DNA of 64,000 nucleotides. It comes from an uncultured Actinomycetota bacterium. Its GTDB lineage: Bacteria > Actinomycetota > Acidimicrobiia > Spongiisociales > UBA4744. Where the stretch lies: assembly GCA_963717135.1 (NCBI GenBank), contig CAVQVN010000009.1, forward strand, positions 632,269 to 696,268, written 5' to 3'. The notes beneath the pieces are model-generated. The model searched no databases and was not told the DNA's origin. It saw only the letters and a list, made by a program, of their open reading frames with translations. Below, piece after piece: positions 45,411 to 54,981 of the stretch (positions within the stretch are counted from its first letter, which is position 1; every line of letters begins with the position of its first letter). The position numbers were made by a program, and so were the translations under genes.

Positions 45411-46855
45411 CCGGCGGCCTTCTCCTGCAGAATGGTCGAAACGACCTTGGGGTCGGCCTTCCCGGCCGAGATCCGCATTACTTGTCCGACCAGATAGCCG
45501 ATGACTTTGGCGTCCCCCTCTTTGAGGCGCTGGTACTCCTCCGGATGATCGTCTAGTACCCGGTCGATCTGAGTTTTCAACACGCCGGCGTCCGAGATCT
45601 GAACGAGATCGCGTGCCTCAGCGACTTGCGCCGGGCTCCCCTCGCCGGAGAGGACTCCAACCAGGACCTGTTTGGCCGCCGTCGCCGACAGGTCACCCCC
45701 CGCGTATAACCCGGCCAGCTCGCTGAGGTGCCGGCCGGTCAGGGCGGTATCGGCCAGGGACACCGACTCTCGCCTGAGGAAAGCGGTGACTTCGCCCGTC
45801 AACCAATTGGCGATCGTCTGGGGATCGGCACCGGTGGCGACGGCGTCTTCCAACAATGCGGTCAGGGCCGTTCCTCCCGCCACCAACACGCTGATGGAGG
45901 CCGGATCGAGGTTGAGATCCCGGTATCGAGCGCGCCGGGCGGCGGGCAGTTCCGGCAAACCTTCCCGGATCTCCTCACGCCAGGGGTTGGTCACCTCGAT
46001 GGGCACCAGATCGGGTTCCGGGAAGTACCGATAGTCAGAACTCTCTTCCTTGGACCGCATGCTGTCGGTGACCCCGGCCGCCTCATCCCAATGGCGAGTC
46101 TCTTGGGCAATCGGTGAACCGGCTCTGAGCGCGGCCGTCTGCCGATCTATCTCGTATCCCAAAGCCCGCTCGAGCGACCGAAACGAGTTCATGTTCTTGA
46201 CCTCGACCTTGGTCCCGAGTTGGTCGGAACCGACCGGACGCAACGAAACGTTGGCATCGAACCGCATGCTGCCTTCTTCGAGCTTGGCATCGGATACTCC
46301 CAGGGCCAGCACGATCGCTTGCAGTTCCTGGGCGAACGCCCGGGCTTGGCCGGGAGTGGACAGGTCGGGCTCGGTGACGATCTCGACCAGAGGGATTCCG
46401 GAACGGTTGAAGTCGAGGAGCGAGTGGTCGGCATCCTGGATCCGGCCGCTACCGCCGACGTGAATCATCTTGCCGGTGTCTTCTTCCATGTGCACCCGAT
46501 TGATCCGTACCCGGAAGGGTCCACCGTCGGCCTCGATCTCGAGGGTCCCTCCCGAACAGACCGGCACGTCGTACTGGGAGATCTGATAGTTCTTCGGTTG
46601 GTCTGCATAGAAATAGTTCTTGCGGTGGAACTGGGAAAGGGCGGCGATCTGGCAATCGAGAGCCAGACCGATGGCGACGATCGACTCAATGGCCTTCTGG
46701 TTCAAGACCGGCAGTGCTCCCGGCAAGCCCAGACACACCGGACAGACGTTGGTGTTGGGGTCTGCTCCAAAGCGGGCGGGACACCCACAGAAGATCTTGG
46801 AGTTGGTCGCCAGCTCAACATGGGTTTCGATGCCGATCACGGCCTCAAAGTCCAC
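45407..46855 (-). CDS. gatB: Asp-tRNA(Asn)/Glu-tRNA(Gln) amidotransferase subunit B
   Basis: GatB blocks (VIGIETHVEL, …). Start proposed at GTG 46855 (VDFEAVIG…). The listed ATG 46909 lies inside gatA. Confidence 0.9.
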   Translation of the reverse strand: MDFEAVIGIETHVELATNSKIFCGCPARFGADPNTNVCPVCLGLPGALPVLNQKAIESIVAIGLALDCQIAALSQFHRKNYFYADQPKNYQISQYDVPVCSGGTLEIEADGGPFRVRINRVHMEEDTGKMIHVGGSGRIQDADHSLLDFNRSGIPLVEIVTEPDLSTPGQARAFAQELQAIVLALGVSDAKLEEGSMRFDANVSLRPVGSDQLGTKVEVKNMNSFRSLERALGYEIDRQTAALRAGSPIAQETRHWDEAAGVTDSMRSKEESSDYRYFPEPDLVPIEVTNPWREEIREGLPELPAARRARYRDLNLDPASISVLVAGGTALTALLEDAVATGADPQTIANWLTGEVTAFLRRESVSLADTALTGRHLSELAGLYAGGDLSATAAKQVLVGVLSGEGSPAQVAEARDLVQISDAGVLKTQIDRVLDDHPEEYQRLKEGDAKVIGYLVGQVMRISAGKADPKVVSTILQEKAAG

Positions 46856-48326
46856 GGTCGACCTCCACCATCGGGGGTCGCCGGTCGTTCCAACCGGACA
46901 CCCGCTCAACCTCCGCCGCCACCCGGAGAAGCACCTCTTCTCCCAGGGCCGGCGCCATGACTTGAAAACCGATCGGCAGACCGGCCGTATCGAGGCCCAC
47001 CGGGACGGAGATCCCCGGGGCGCCTGCCAGATTGGACGGAATCGTGCAGACGTCGACCAGGTACATCGACAGAGGATCCTCGGTGCGCGAGCCGAATTCG
47101 AAAGCGGTCATGGGACTGGTGGGCGAAACGAGCACGTCCACCCCCTCATACGCTTTGGTGAAGTCGTTGATGACCATGGTCCGCACCTTCTGAGCCTGCC
47201 CGTAGAACGCGTCGTAGTAGCCCGCCGACAAGGCATAAGTGCCGAGCAACACCCGCCTGGTCACCTCCGGACCAAACCCTTCGGCTCGGGTCCTGGCGGT
47301 CATTTCCTCCACGGTGGCTCCGTCCACCCGCAATCCGTAGCGGACGCCGTCAAAGCGAGCCAGGTTGGCCGAGCATTCCGCCGGGGCGATCAGGTAATAG
47401 GCCGAGAGGGCAAACTCCATTGAGGGGAGCGACACTTCACCGACGACCGCTCCCGCCTCTTCCAGGGAGTCGACCACCGTGCGAAACGTGGCGAGTACGT
47501 CGGGGCTGATACCTTCACCGGCTAATTGGGTGACCACCCCGACCCGCAGCCCGGCCACTCCTCGGCGTAGTGAGGAGCGATATTCGGGATACTCGCCCCG
47601 GTAGGAGGTGGCATCGAGAGGATCGTGTCCGGCGATCACCTCGAGCGTGGTGACGGCGTCTTCCACCGTCCGGGTTATCGGTCCGATCTGGTCGAGGCTC
47701 GACGCGAAGGCGATCAATCCGTATCGAGAAACCAACCCGTAAGTCGGTTTCATCCCGACCACCCCGCACAGCGAGGCCGGCTGCCGAATCGAACCTCCGG
47801 TGTCGGAGCCCAGCGCCAGTAACGCCGAACCGGCTGCCACCGCCGCGGCCGAACCCCCCGAGGATCCTCCGGGCACCCTCCCGGTGTCCCACGGATTGGC
47901 CGAGGGACCGTATCCGGAGTTCTCCGTCGAAGACCCCATCGCAAACTCATCGAGGTTGGTCTTGCCGATGATCACGGCTCCGGCCTTCTTCAGGGAGGCG
48001 ACTGCCGTGGCGTCGTAGGGGGGCACGTACCCGGCGAGGATTTGCGATCCGGCCGTCGTCTCTACCCCGGTGGTGACCATGTTGTCTTTGATGGCGACGG
48101 GCAGTCCATGGAGCGGACCCACTTCATCCCCGCGGGCCAGCACCTCGTCGGCCAGGGCCGCCGCCGCGAAGGCGCCCTCCCGGTCAATCGTCAAATAGGC
48201 ATGGAGCTCGGCTTCGGTGAGCGCCGCTCGATCGAGAGTAGCCTGGAGCAACTCACGAGCGCTCAACTCCCCGGACCGGAGAGAAGCTGCTGCCTCGGCC
48301 AGCGTGAGGTCGGCCGGTGAGTTCAC
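46845..48326 (-). CDS. gatA: Glutamyl-tRNA(Gln) amidotransferase subunit A
   Basis: 493 aa. Amidase signature GGSSGGSAAAVAAG. Confidence 0.95.
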   Translation of the reverse strand: MNSPADLTLAEAAASLRSGELSARELLQATLDRAALTEAELHAYLTIDREGAFAAAALADEVLARGDEVGPLHGLPVAIKDNMVTTGVETTAGSQILAGYVPPYDATAVASLKKAGAVIIGKTNLDEFAMGSSTENSGYGPSANPWDTGRVPGGSSGGSAAAVAAGSALLALGSDTGGSIRQPASLCGVVGMKPTYGLVSRYGLIAFASSLDQIGPITRTVEDAVTTLEVIAGHDPLDATSYRGEYPEYRSSLRRGVAGLRVGVVTQLAGEGISPDVLATFRTVVDSLEEAGAVVGEVSLPSMEFALSAYYLIAPAECSANLARFDGVRYGLRVDGATVEEMTARTRAEGFGPEVTRRVLLGTYALSAGYYDAFYGQAQKVRTMVINDFTKAYEGVDVLVSPTSPMTAFEFGSRTEDPLSMYLVDVCTIPSNLAGAPGISVPVGLDTAGLPIGFQVMAPALGEEVLLRVAAEVERVSGWNDRRPPMVEVDRGL

Positions 48327-48613
48327 TCCCCCTCCAACGTCGGTGGAACGCGGAAATAACCGTCCTCGGCATCCGGTGCCTGCGATAGAGCAATGTCCCG
48401 ATCGAGCGACGGAATGACTTGATCCGGCCTGAATGAATTGACCATCGGCAGGGGATGCGACGTCGGCTCAACCCCCTCAGTCGGCAGTCGCTGGATGAGG
48501 GCGGCGTGCTCCAGGATCCCCTCCAATTGGGTTCCATAGTGTTCGAGTTCCTCAGCGGACAACTCGATGCGGGCCAGACGCGCCACATAGGCGATGTCGA
48601 TCTCGATAGCCAT
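48323..48613 (-). CDS. gatC: Glutamyl-tRNA(Gln) amidotransferase subunit C
   Basis: Start ATG 48613 (MAIEIDIAYVARLARIELS…). About 96 aa. Coupled to gatA. Confidence 0.85.
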   Translation of the reverse strand: MAIEIDIAYVARLARIELSAEELEHYGTQLEGILEHAALIQRLPTEGVEPTSHPLPMVNSFRPDQVIPSLDRDIALSQAPDAEDGYFRVPPTLEGE

Positions 48614-48627
48614 GCGACCGATTGTAG

Positions 48628-48999
48628 GTGCGGCCCGCATCAACCCTCGACCCACCTTGCGCTCTGCGCGCCGCGATCCTGAGGCATAATCGCCTCCTTG
48701 TGCATCGCCCGTCCCTCGGAGTCATCTCTCTCATCTTGATCGTTGGTGGCGCGGTCCTCATGGCCCGGCCTCCCAACGGGGATCCTTATCTCGGCGCCGT
48801 GTCGGTCCGGGCCGGCCTGGTACTGGGTGCCCTTTGGCTGGCTCTTCCCAACATCCGGCGGGCACCGCTCTGGCTGCTGTACGCGGTCGGTGTGCTGGCC
48901 GTGGTGCTCATCCTTCGACCCCGCCTGCTTCTCTACTCGCTACCGGTCGCAGCCGTTGTCGCGTTCCTGGGAGCCACCTCAAAGAAGCAACGCAATTAG
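48628..48999 (+). CDS. Hypothetical small membrane protein
   Basis: Three hydrophobic segments. Start unresolved (ATG 48628, a GTG near 48700, or ATG 48763). No RBS seen. Confidence 0.3.
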   Translation: MRPASTLDPPCALRAAILRHNRLLVHRPSLGVISLILIVGGAVLMARPPNGDPYLGAVSVRAGLVLGALWLALPNIRRAPLWLLYAVGVLAVVLILRPRLLLYSLPVAAVVAFLGATSKKQRN

Positions 49000-49047
49000 C
49001 GGGAAGCTTAAGGGTTGTGGCTTGATCCTCGATGCCCGTCGGGTCCG

Positions 49048-49850
49048 GGAGGCTCCACCGTCTGGCCGGGTGGGTGTTCTTTTGGATCGAGGGAACGATC
49101 CAAACTTCGCGGCCGGGCTGTTCGTGAGCCTCTCCCGCCGGCGGGAGAGGCGGGCCGCTGATAGTCCCCCTGCTAGGGGGGAAAGTACCGTCGCCGGTAG
49201 GCGAGGGTAGGGGGTCAGGCGGCGGAGCGGAGAGGGTGACTCTTCTCGGATAGTGGACGGGGGACCGCGGATAGCTGCTGGCTGCTTGATGGTTGTTGCT
49301 TGATGCTTGTTGGTCTTCTCTGGTCGGGGAGGCTCCACCGTCTGGTCGGATGGGTGTTCTTTTGCATCGAGGGAACGAGCGCCCGCCGCCGGTTGCTTCG
49401 GCCTCTCCCGCCGGCGGGAGAGGCGCGCCGCTGATAGTCCCCCTGCTAGGGGGAAAGTACCGTCGCCGGTAGGCGAGGGTAGGGGGTCAGGCGGCGGAGC
49501 GGAGAGGGTGACTCTTCTCGGACAGCGGACCGCGGACAGCTGTTTGTTGCTTGATGCTTTTTACTTGTTGGTCTTCTCTGCTCTGGAAGGTTTCGCCGTC
49601 TCGTCGGATGGGTGTTCTTTCACATCGAGGGAACAATCCAACTCGGTGGTCCGGACGGTCGAGAACCTCTCCCGCCGGCGGAAGAGGCGCGCCGCTGATA
49701 GTCCCCCTGCCAGGGGGAAGGTACCGTCGCCGATAGGCGAGGGTAGGGGGTCAGGCGGCGGTGCGGAGAGGGTGGTTATTCTCGGACCGCAAACCGCGGA
49801 TAGCTGCTGTTTGTTGTGGGTTGCTGTGGCTTGTTGGGGGTTTTCTTGTC
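49048..49850. repeat. Three tandem copies of a ~250-280-bp GC-rich unit (units begin ~49048, ~49328, ~49585), each carrying the nested palindromes cctctcccgccggcgggagagg and ccccctgc(t/c)aggggg
   Basis: Direct comparison of the three blocks: long identical runs (…ccgctgatagtccccctgctagggggaaagtaccgtcgccggtaggcgagggtagggggtcaggcggcgg…). Not coding by inspection. Confidence 0.8.
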
Positions 49851-49874
49851 ACACCCGGACGGTATGTTCAGGTT

Positions 49875-50995
49875 ATGGAAACGCTCGATATGGGCTCGGT
49901 CACCACCGACCAGCTCGAACAAGTACTCCTAGCGGGAGAAGCCCAAGTGGCTCGAATAAGAGCCACCCAAATGCGGTTACTAGCCGAGCTGGACCGTCGG
50001 CAGGTCCCCATCTCCGACGGGGCCCGCACTATGGCCGAGTGGGTGGCCGCCCGCCTGGATGTGACCCCTGAAACCGCTCAGAAGCTCACCCAAACCGCCG
50101 TCCGTCTCATCGACCAGCCCTCTCTGGCGGAAGACCTCGAGGGCGGTCGGGTTTCCTTTGATCGGATAGTTGAAGAGTCCCGCCTGGTTTCCTCGGGGGC
50201 TTCTTCTGAGCTGGTAGCCCAGTCCCGCGGTTGGGATCTGGTCGGGATGCGGCGGATGGTGGCCCGCCACCAACCGATCAGCCGCTCAGGCGAACAAGAC
50301 CTGTTCTCGGGTCGGTTCCTCTCCATCCAACCCACCTTGGATCAAACCTCCTACAAACTATGGGGACAGTTCCCCGGGATCGACGGCCAACTCATCGAAC
50401 AAGCCCTCACCACCCGAGCCGACCAATACCCGCCCCTCCCCAACGGCCGGCGGTGTGCCCGAACCCAACGCCAAGCCGACGCGCTGGTCTCCATCGCCCA
50501 AGACTCCCTCGACCAAACCCCCACCGCCAGCCCCCACGTCAGCCCCGCTGGTGTCGATCTTCCTCGACGCCCACCAAGCCGCTACTTCTAACGGGGAAAC
50601 CGGAGCCACTATCGCTACCGGACCCCGGAGTAGGGCCGCTCACCTTGGAACAGATCCTCTGCGACGGTCAAGTCGAAATCCTTATGACCTCCCCTAATGG
50701 CAACCCCCTCACGGTCGGACCGACCGCCCGCACCATCCCCCCCAAACTGAGAAGATTCATCCTCCACCGCGACGGGGGTATGTGCACCATCGCCGGGTGC
50801 CGGTCCCGCTACCGGCTCCAACCCCACCACATCACCCCCCGCAGCCAAGGCGGAACCCACCACCCCTCAAACCTCACCACCCTCTGCTGGTACCACCATC
50901 ATGTGGTCATCCACCGCCACGGCCACCAAATCGACCCCCACTCCCCACCCCAACGACGACGCTTCCTCAAACCCCAAACCCGCCCACCACCCTGA
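49875..50995 (+). pseudogene. DUF222-HNH endonuclease (13E12-repeat-like family) with two closely spaced frameshifts
   Basis: The DUF222 N-part is in frame 0 (METLDMGSVTTDQLEQVLLAGEAQVARIRA… to ~50565). A short stretch (…GETGATIATGP…) is in a second frame. The HNH part (GPLTLEQILCDGQVE…CTIAGCRSRYRLQPHHITPRSQGGTHHPSNLTTLCWYHHHVVIH) is in the third frame, ending at 50995. Confidence 0.7.
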
Positions 50996-51131
50996 GCTGC
51001 ATGCCAGCAGCTTCAGCCTCCACATCCTTCACCGACAAACGACCAACCAAGAAACCGGGCCGCAGGCAACTTCGACGTCGGCTCAGCGCCGGCCTTAGCC
51101 GCGTTCGACGAATCGCTACGAGGCGAAACGG

Positions 51132-51515
51132 CTAGATCCCGTTGGCGATGACACCACAACAGATGGCGATTGCCAACGAAACGGGACCCCAGATACGTTC
51201 GATCTTGGATCGTGAGGCGAAGTTCCCAAGAGCGCCGATGGTGAACAACCCGGCCAAGATCCACATCACTGTTTTGCCGGTCCCGGGCAACCATTCGGCC
51301 GCGATCAAATCCGACGAAACGAGCACAAAAAGGATGACCAGCGGATATACCAAGACACCCGCCAGGCCACTGGAAATCCGAAGCCGGTCGGGTAGCACGC
51401 CCTCATGTTGGCCACCCCAAGCCGCTTTCCCTAATGGAGCGCCGAGTGATAGCGCTACCTGAAACACCGCTACCACTGCGAGCAATACGACCGCGACGAT
51501 CGCTGCAACTTCCAT
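51132..51515 (-). CDS. Hypothetical membrane protein (4 TM)
   Basis: 127 aa, strongly hydrophobic. No family recognised. Confidence 0.4.
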   Translation of the reverse strand: MEVAAIVAVVLLAVVAVFQVALSLGAPLGKAAWGGQHEGVLPDRLRISSGLAGVLVYPLVILFVLVSSDLIAAEWLPGTGKTVMWILAGLFTIGALGNFASRSKIERIWGPVSLAIAICCGVIANGI

Positions 51516-51615
51516 AGACCCATAGTAGAAAGCCGCCGCCCAAACTCGGACCGTGTTCTAAGCATCGGCCCCTCACCTGCATGGGGAAAGCGAGTAGGTC
51601 CACTCCCGAGAAGGA

Positions 51616-52304
51616 TCAGATCAGCTCGACCTCGACGAGCAATCCGCTGTGGTCGGAACCCGGTATCTTGATGCGGCGAGCATCGATTGCTCGAAGACCG
51701 TCCACAAAGACGTGATCGATCCGCAGCGTCCTCGGGGAACCAGCAGTGGGGCCCCACGTTCGGGACGGCCTCACTCCCCTCTCTCCCGCCACCGAAACGG
51801 CGGCATCTTCGAGTCGAGCCGCCAACCGCCGATAAACCGGCCAGACGGGCGAAGCGTTGAAATCCCCAGCGATCAAACGGGTTCGAGGTGTGGCTACGTG
51901 CGCCAGCAAAGATTCGAGCTGCCGGCGACGCAATCCTACGGATCTCCACGGCGGCCAGACGATACGTTGACGATCTCCAGCGAGCCCGGCCACAACGGCG
52001 ATTCGAGACGAGCAACCAGTCCGTCCCGAAAAGCCATCGGCAGCAGCTCCGTATGAGCAGGAGCCTTCAATGCCAACCCACGTCCGCCGTAGCCATCAGC
52101 GGGGACCAACAACCCGTGGGACAAAAAGCCGGCCAGCACCTCAGCCGCAGAGAAACTCAGTTCCTGGCACGCAGCAACGTCAAGATCGAGGTCTTCCAGT
52201 ACGCTTCGAAATCCCTCTACGTCCAGACGATCCGCGTGGAGATTGGCGGTCAGGACTCGCAAGGACTTGTCGGACCGGCGTTCTTCGCTCATGTACACCA
52301 CCAC
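51616..52304 (-). pseudogene. Endonuclease/exonuclease/phosphatase (EEP) family protein, frameshifted
   Basis: N-terminal half (LRVLTANL…) in ORF 51936..52304. C-terminal half (…IAGDFNASP…SDHSGLLVEVEL) in ORF 51616..51993. The EEP-like VNV-RLAAVEI segment is in the third frame between them. Confidence 0.6.
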
Positions 52305-52319
52305 GCGACCGGGATATGC

Positions 52320-52952
52320 CTACAGCAGTCCCATTTCACCAAGCAGCAGCCGGACCCGTCGCCCGATCTCGTCTCGGACAATCCGTACCTTTTCCAAAGA
52401 AGCGCGGTGGGGATCGTCCAACTCCCAGTCGAGATAACGCTTACCAGGGAAAAGGGGGCAGGCGTCGCCACAGCCCATCGTCACCACGACGTCCGAAGCC
52501 TGGACGATCTCATCGGTGAACGGCATCGGGAACGTCTCCGAGATGTCGATGCCGACCTCCGCCATCGCCTCGACTGCTCGCGGATTGATGGCCTCGGCAG
52601 GTGCCGAACCTCCCGAAAACACAAGCAAACGTTGGCCCGCCAGATGCCTGGCAAAACCGGCCGACATCTGGGACCGTCCGGCGTTGTGAACGCACACGAA
52701 AACGACCGACGGCACCCCGGCGAGCAGAGTTCCCTCAATCCTCCCCTGGGCCTGCAAGCGGATGCGGGTGAACACCTCGACTTCGTCTTTGTGGAGAGAT
52801 CCCGAGCGGGTTTCCTCGAGCAAGTCCATCGAGTCGGCGACCATGCGGTTCACATCGGCACGCCCAAACACCGCCTCGAACTCCTGCGAGAGATTATCTA
52901 CGACAAGATCGATCTCTACCGGGGAGATCATCGTCGGCTGTCTCAATTCCAT
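52320..52952 (-). CDS. Low-molecular-weight protein-tyrosine-phosphatase-fold arsenate reductase (ArsC, thioredoxin type) with ~75-aa N-terminal extension
   Basis: CVHNAGRSQM P-loop and downstream Cys (…VTMGCGDACP…). The N-terminal domain is unassigned. An internal alternative start was not excluded. Confidence 0.75.
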   Translation of the reverse strand: MELRQPTMISPVEIDLVVDNLSQEFEAVFGRADVNRMVADSMDLLEETRSGSLHKDEVEVFTRIRLQAQGRIEGTLLAGVPSVVFVCVHNAGRSQMSAGFARHLAGQRLLVFSGGSAPAEAINPRAVEAMAEVGIDISETFPMPFTDEIVQASDVVVTMGCGDACPLFPGKRYLDWELDDPHRASLEKVRIVRDEIGRRVRLLLGEMGLL

Positions 52953-53013
52953 GGCATCCTGCGAATTGGCGGTCTCTACGGTAGCTTTGAGCCGTGCCTG
53001 AGAGGAGCTCTAG

Positions 53014-54981
53014 GTGAAGCTCGTATTTGCCGCCCACTGCCATCAACCCCTCGGCAATATCGACGAAGTGGTCAAAGACGCATGCGATCGCGCGTATTTA
53101 CCCTTTCTCGAAGTCCTGGCCGCCCATCCGGCCATACGGGTCAATCTGCATTACTCGGGTTCGCTGCTCGAGTGGCTCGTCGAGCATCGACCGGAAGTTC
53201 TCGAGGTTCTGACCTCCCGGGGCGATCAAGTGGAGTGGATGAGCGGTGGGTTCTACGAGCCCATTCTCCCTTCGATCCCTCCCGAAGACGCCGCCGCCCA
53301 GATTGCGTTGCTCTCCGGGTTCATTCAGGATCGGTTCGGGCAGAATCCCCGGGGCGCCTGGCTCGCCGAACGGGTCTGGGATCCGAGCCTCTCATCGCTC
53401 CTCAACGATTCCGGGATTGAATACACCATCCTCGACGATTACGCCTTTCTACTCGCCGGGTACTTGCCAGACAGTCTGACCGGGAGCTACATCACAGATC
53501 ATCTGGGCAAGACGCTGACCATCTTCCCCATCGCCCAGGACCTTCGGTATGCGATTCCCGGAGCCGACCCCGAAGACGTTCTGGCCCTCCTCCGTGACCG
53601 TCACAACGATGATCCCCAGACGCTTGCGGTCATCGCCGACGATGGAGTGAGATTCGGGTTGTGGCCGGACAGCTACGAGCGGGTCTATCCGCCGGGTGGC
53701 TGGCTAGACGAATTCTTCACTCTGGTGGAGAGCGCCGATTGGCTGCAGATCACCACCTTCGCTCGGTACCTCGATGAGTACCCGGCGAGAAGCCGGGTGG
53801 CCCTACCGCCGGCCAGCTATCGGGAAATGAGCGAGTGGTCGATGCCGGCGGAAACAGCGCAGGCGATGATCCCAACGGACCCGGCACACGACCGGAACCC
53901 GAATTGGGTGGGCATAGAGGCCTTCATGCGAGGAGGTTGGTGGCCCAACTTCACGATCGAATATCCGGAAGCCGGAACCCTGTATCGGAAAATGCTTCGA
54001 GTCTCCAGTCACGTCGCGGCGAGCAAGGGACCGGCCGAAGCGCACACCGAAGTGCTCAAAGCCCAGGGCAACGACCCGTTCTGGCACGGCGTACTCGGGG
54101 GTTTGTACTCTCCCCATCTCCGCGCTGAAACCAATCGCCACCTCATCACCGCTCAAACGCTGATCGACGGCCACCACCATCGAGGCCGCTCATGGGTCTA
54201 TTTGCGCCGCATTGACTGGGATGCCGACGGCCGGGAGGAGATCGAGGTCGAAATCCCCGACCAGTCCTGGGTCTTAGACCCCGCCGAAGGAGGATCTCTC
54301 CTCTACTTCGACGACAAACCATCCCGCTGGTCGATCAGCGATGTGGTTGCTCGCCGTTATGAGCCCTACCACGCCGACCTGCCCGAGCCGCCAATCTACG
54401 ACCGCCACCCTCGCCGCTGGTTGACAGATCATCTTCTCCCGACCGTTGCCACCGTCGAGTCATTCGCCGATGTCTCCTATGTGGAGCTTCTGCCCCTCCC
54501 GGCAACCGAATACGTGACTCAGGAAACCACCGAAGGTCGAGGATCTGCCCGGATCGCGATGAGCGCTCTTGGCGGCAAGATCCTCAAGACGATTGATGCC
54601 GAGGACCGGGAGATGCGGATCGGCTACCGGGTATCCGACATACTGGCCGGACGTTTCGGACCGGAGATACCGGTTTCCGTATGGGAGGACGCCGGGCATA
54701 TCAGGGTCGACGGGGGCCCCTGGCAGCAGGTTGATCAACCGCTGGCCCTGGCCGGGCACCGTTTCCGTTTCCGCCATAGCGGAATCAAGACCTCGATCGT
54801 GGTCGTGCTGCGCCAGCCGGGTGAGCTGTTCTCTATTCCAATCCGAACCGTGACCAGAGGCGACGAAGGTTCGGAATCAATCCTGCAGGGAATTGTTCTG
54901 TGGCCCCACTGGTCGACGAGCGGGTATGGCAATTATGAGATGACCGTCGAGATCGTCGAGATGGCGGTTGAGCCCTCATGA
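53014..54981 (+). CDS. Glycoside hydrolase family 57 protein (α-glucan branching enzyme / amylase type)
   Basis: 655 aa. N-terminal AAHCHQPLGN (GH57 HxHQP motif) and a catalytic Glu/Asp region. 4-nt overlap with glgA. Confidence 0.85.
   Translation: MKLVFAAHCHQPLGNIDEVVKDACDRAYLPFLEVLAAHPAIRVNLHYSGSLLEWLVEHRPEVLEVLTSRGDQVEWMSGGFYEPILPSIPPEDAAAQIALLSGFIQDRFGQNPRGAWLAERVWDPSLSSLLNDSGIEYTILDDYAFLLAGYLPDSLTGSYITDHLGKTLTIFPIAQDLRYAIPGADPEDVLALLRDRHNDDPQTLAVIADDGVRFGLWPDSYERVYPPGGWLDEFFTLVESADWLQITTFARYLDEYPARSRVALPPASYREMSEWSMPAETAQAMIPTDPAHDRNPNWVGIEAFMRGGWWPNFTIEYPEAGTLYRKMLRVSSHVAASKGPAEAHTEVLKAQGNDPFWHGVLGGLYSPHLRAETNRHLITAQTLIDGHHHRGRSWVYLRRIDWDADGREEIEVEIPDQSWVLDPAEGGSLLYFDDKPSRWSISDVVARRYEPYHADLPEPPIYDRHPRRWLTDHLLPTVATVESFADVSYVELLPLPATEYVTQETTEGRGSARIAMSALGGKILKTIDAEDREMRIGYRVSDILAGRFGPEIPVSVWEDAGHIRVDGGPWQQVDQPLALAGHRFRFRHSGIKTSIVVVLRQPGELFSIPIRTVTRGDEGSESILQGIVLWPHWSTSGYGNYEMTVEIVEMAVEPS

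Noticed and set aside
49048-49850. CRISPR array
   Set aside because: Repeat units are ~250-280 bp, directly abutting, with no unique spacers of 25-50 bp and no cas genes. They are tandem macro-repeats, not CRISPR.
49307-50071. 254-aa ORF running through the tandem repeats
   Set aside because: Arg/Gly/Ser-rich translation that simply mirrors the DNA repeat. Units are not multiples of 3, and there is no start context. Treated as non-coding.
49000-51130. Prophage or integrative element around the HNH gene and repeats
   Set aside because: No integrase, recombinase, capsid or terminase genes and no flanking tRNA or direct repeats within the window. Only a decayed HNH gene and a repeat array are present.
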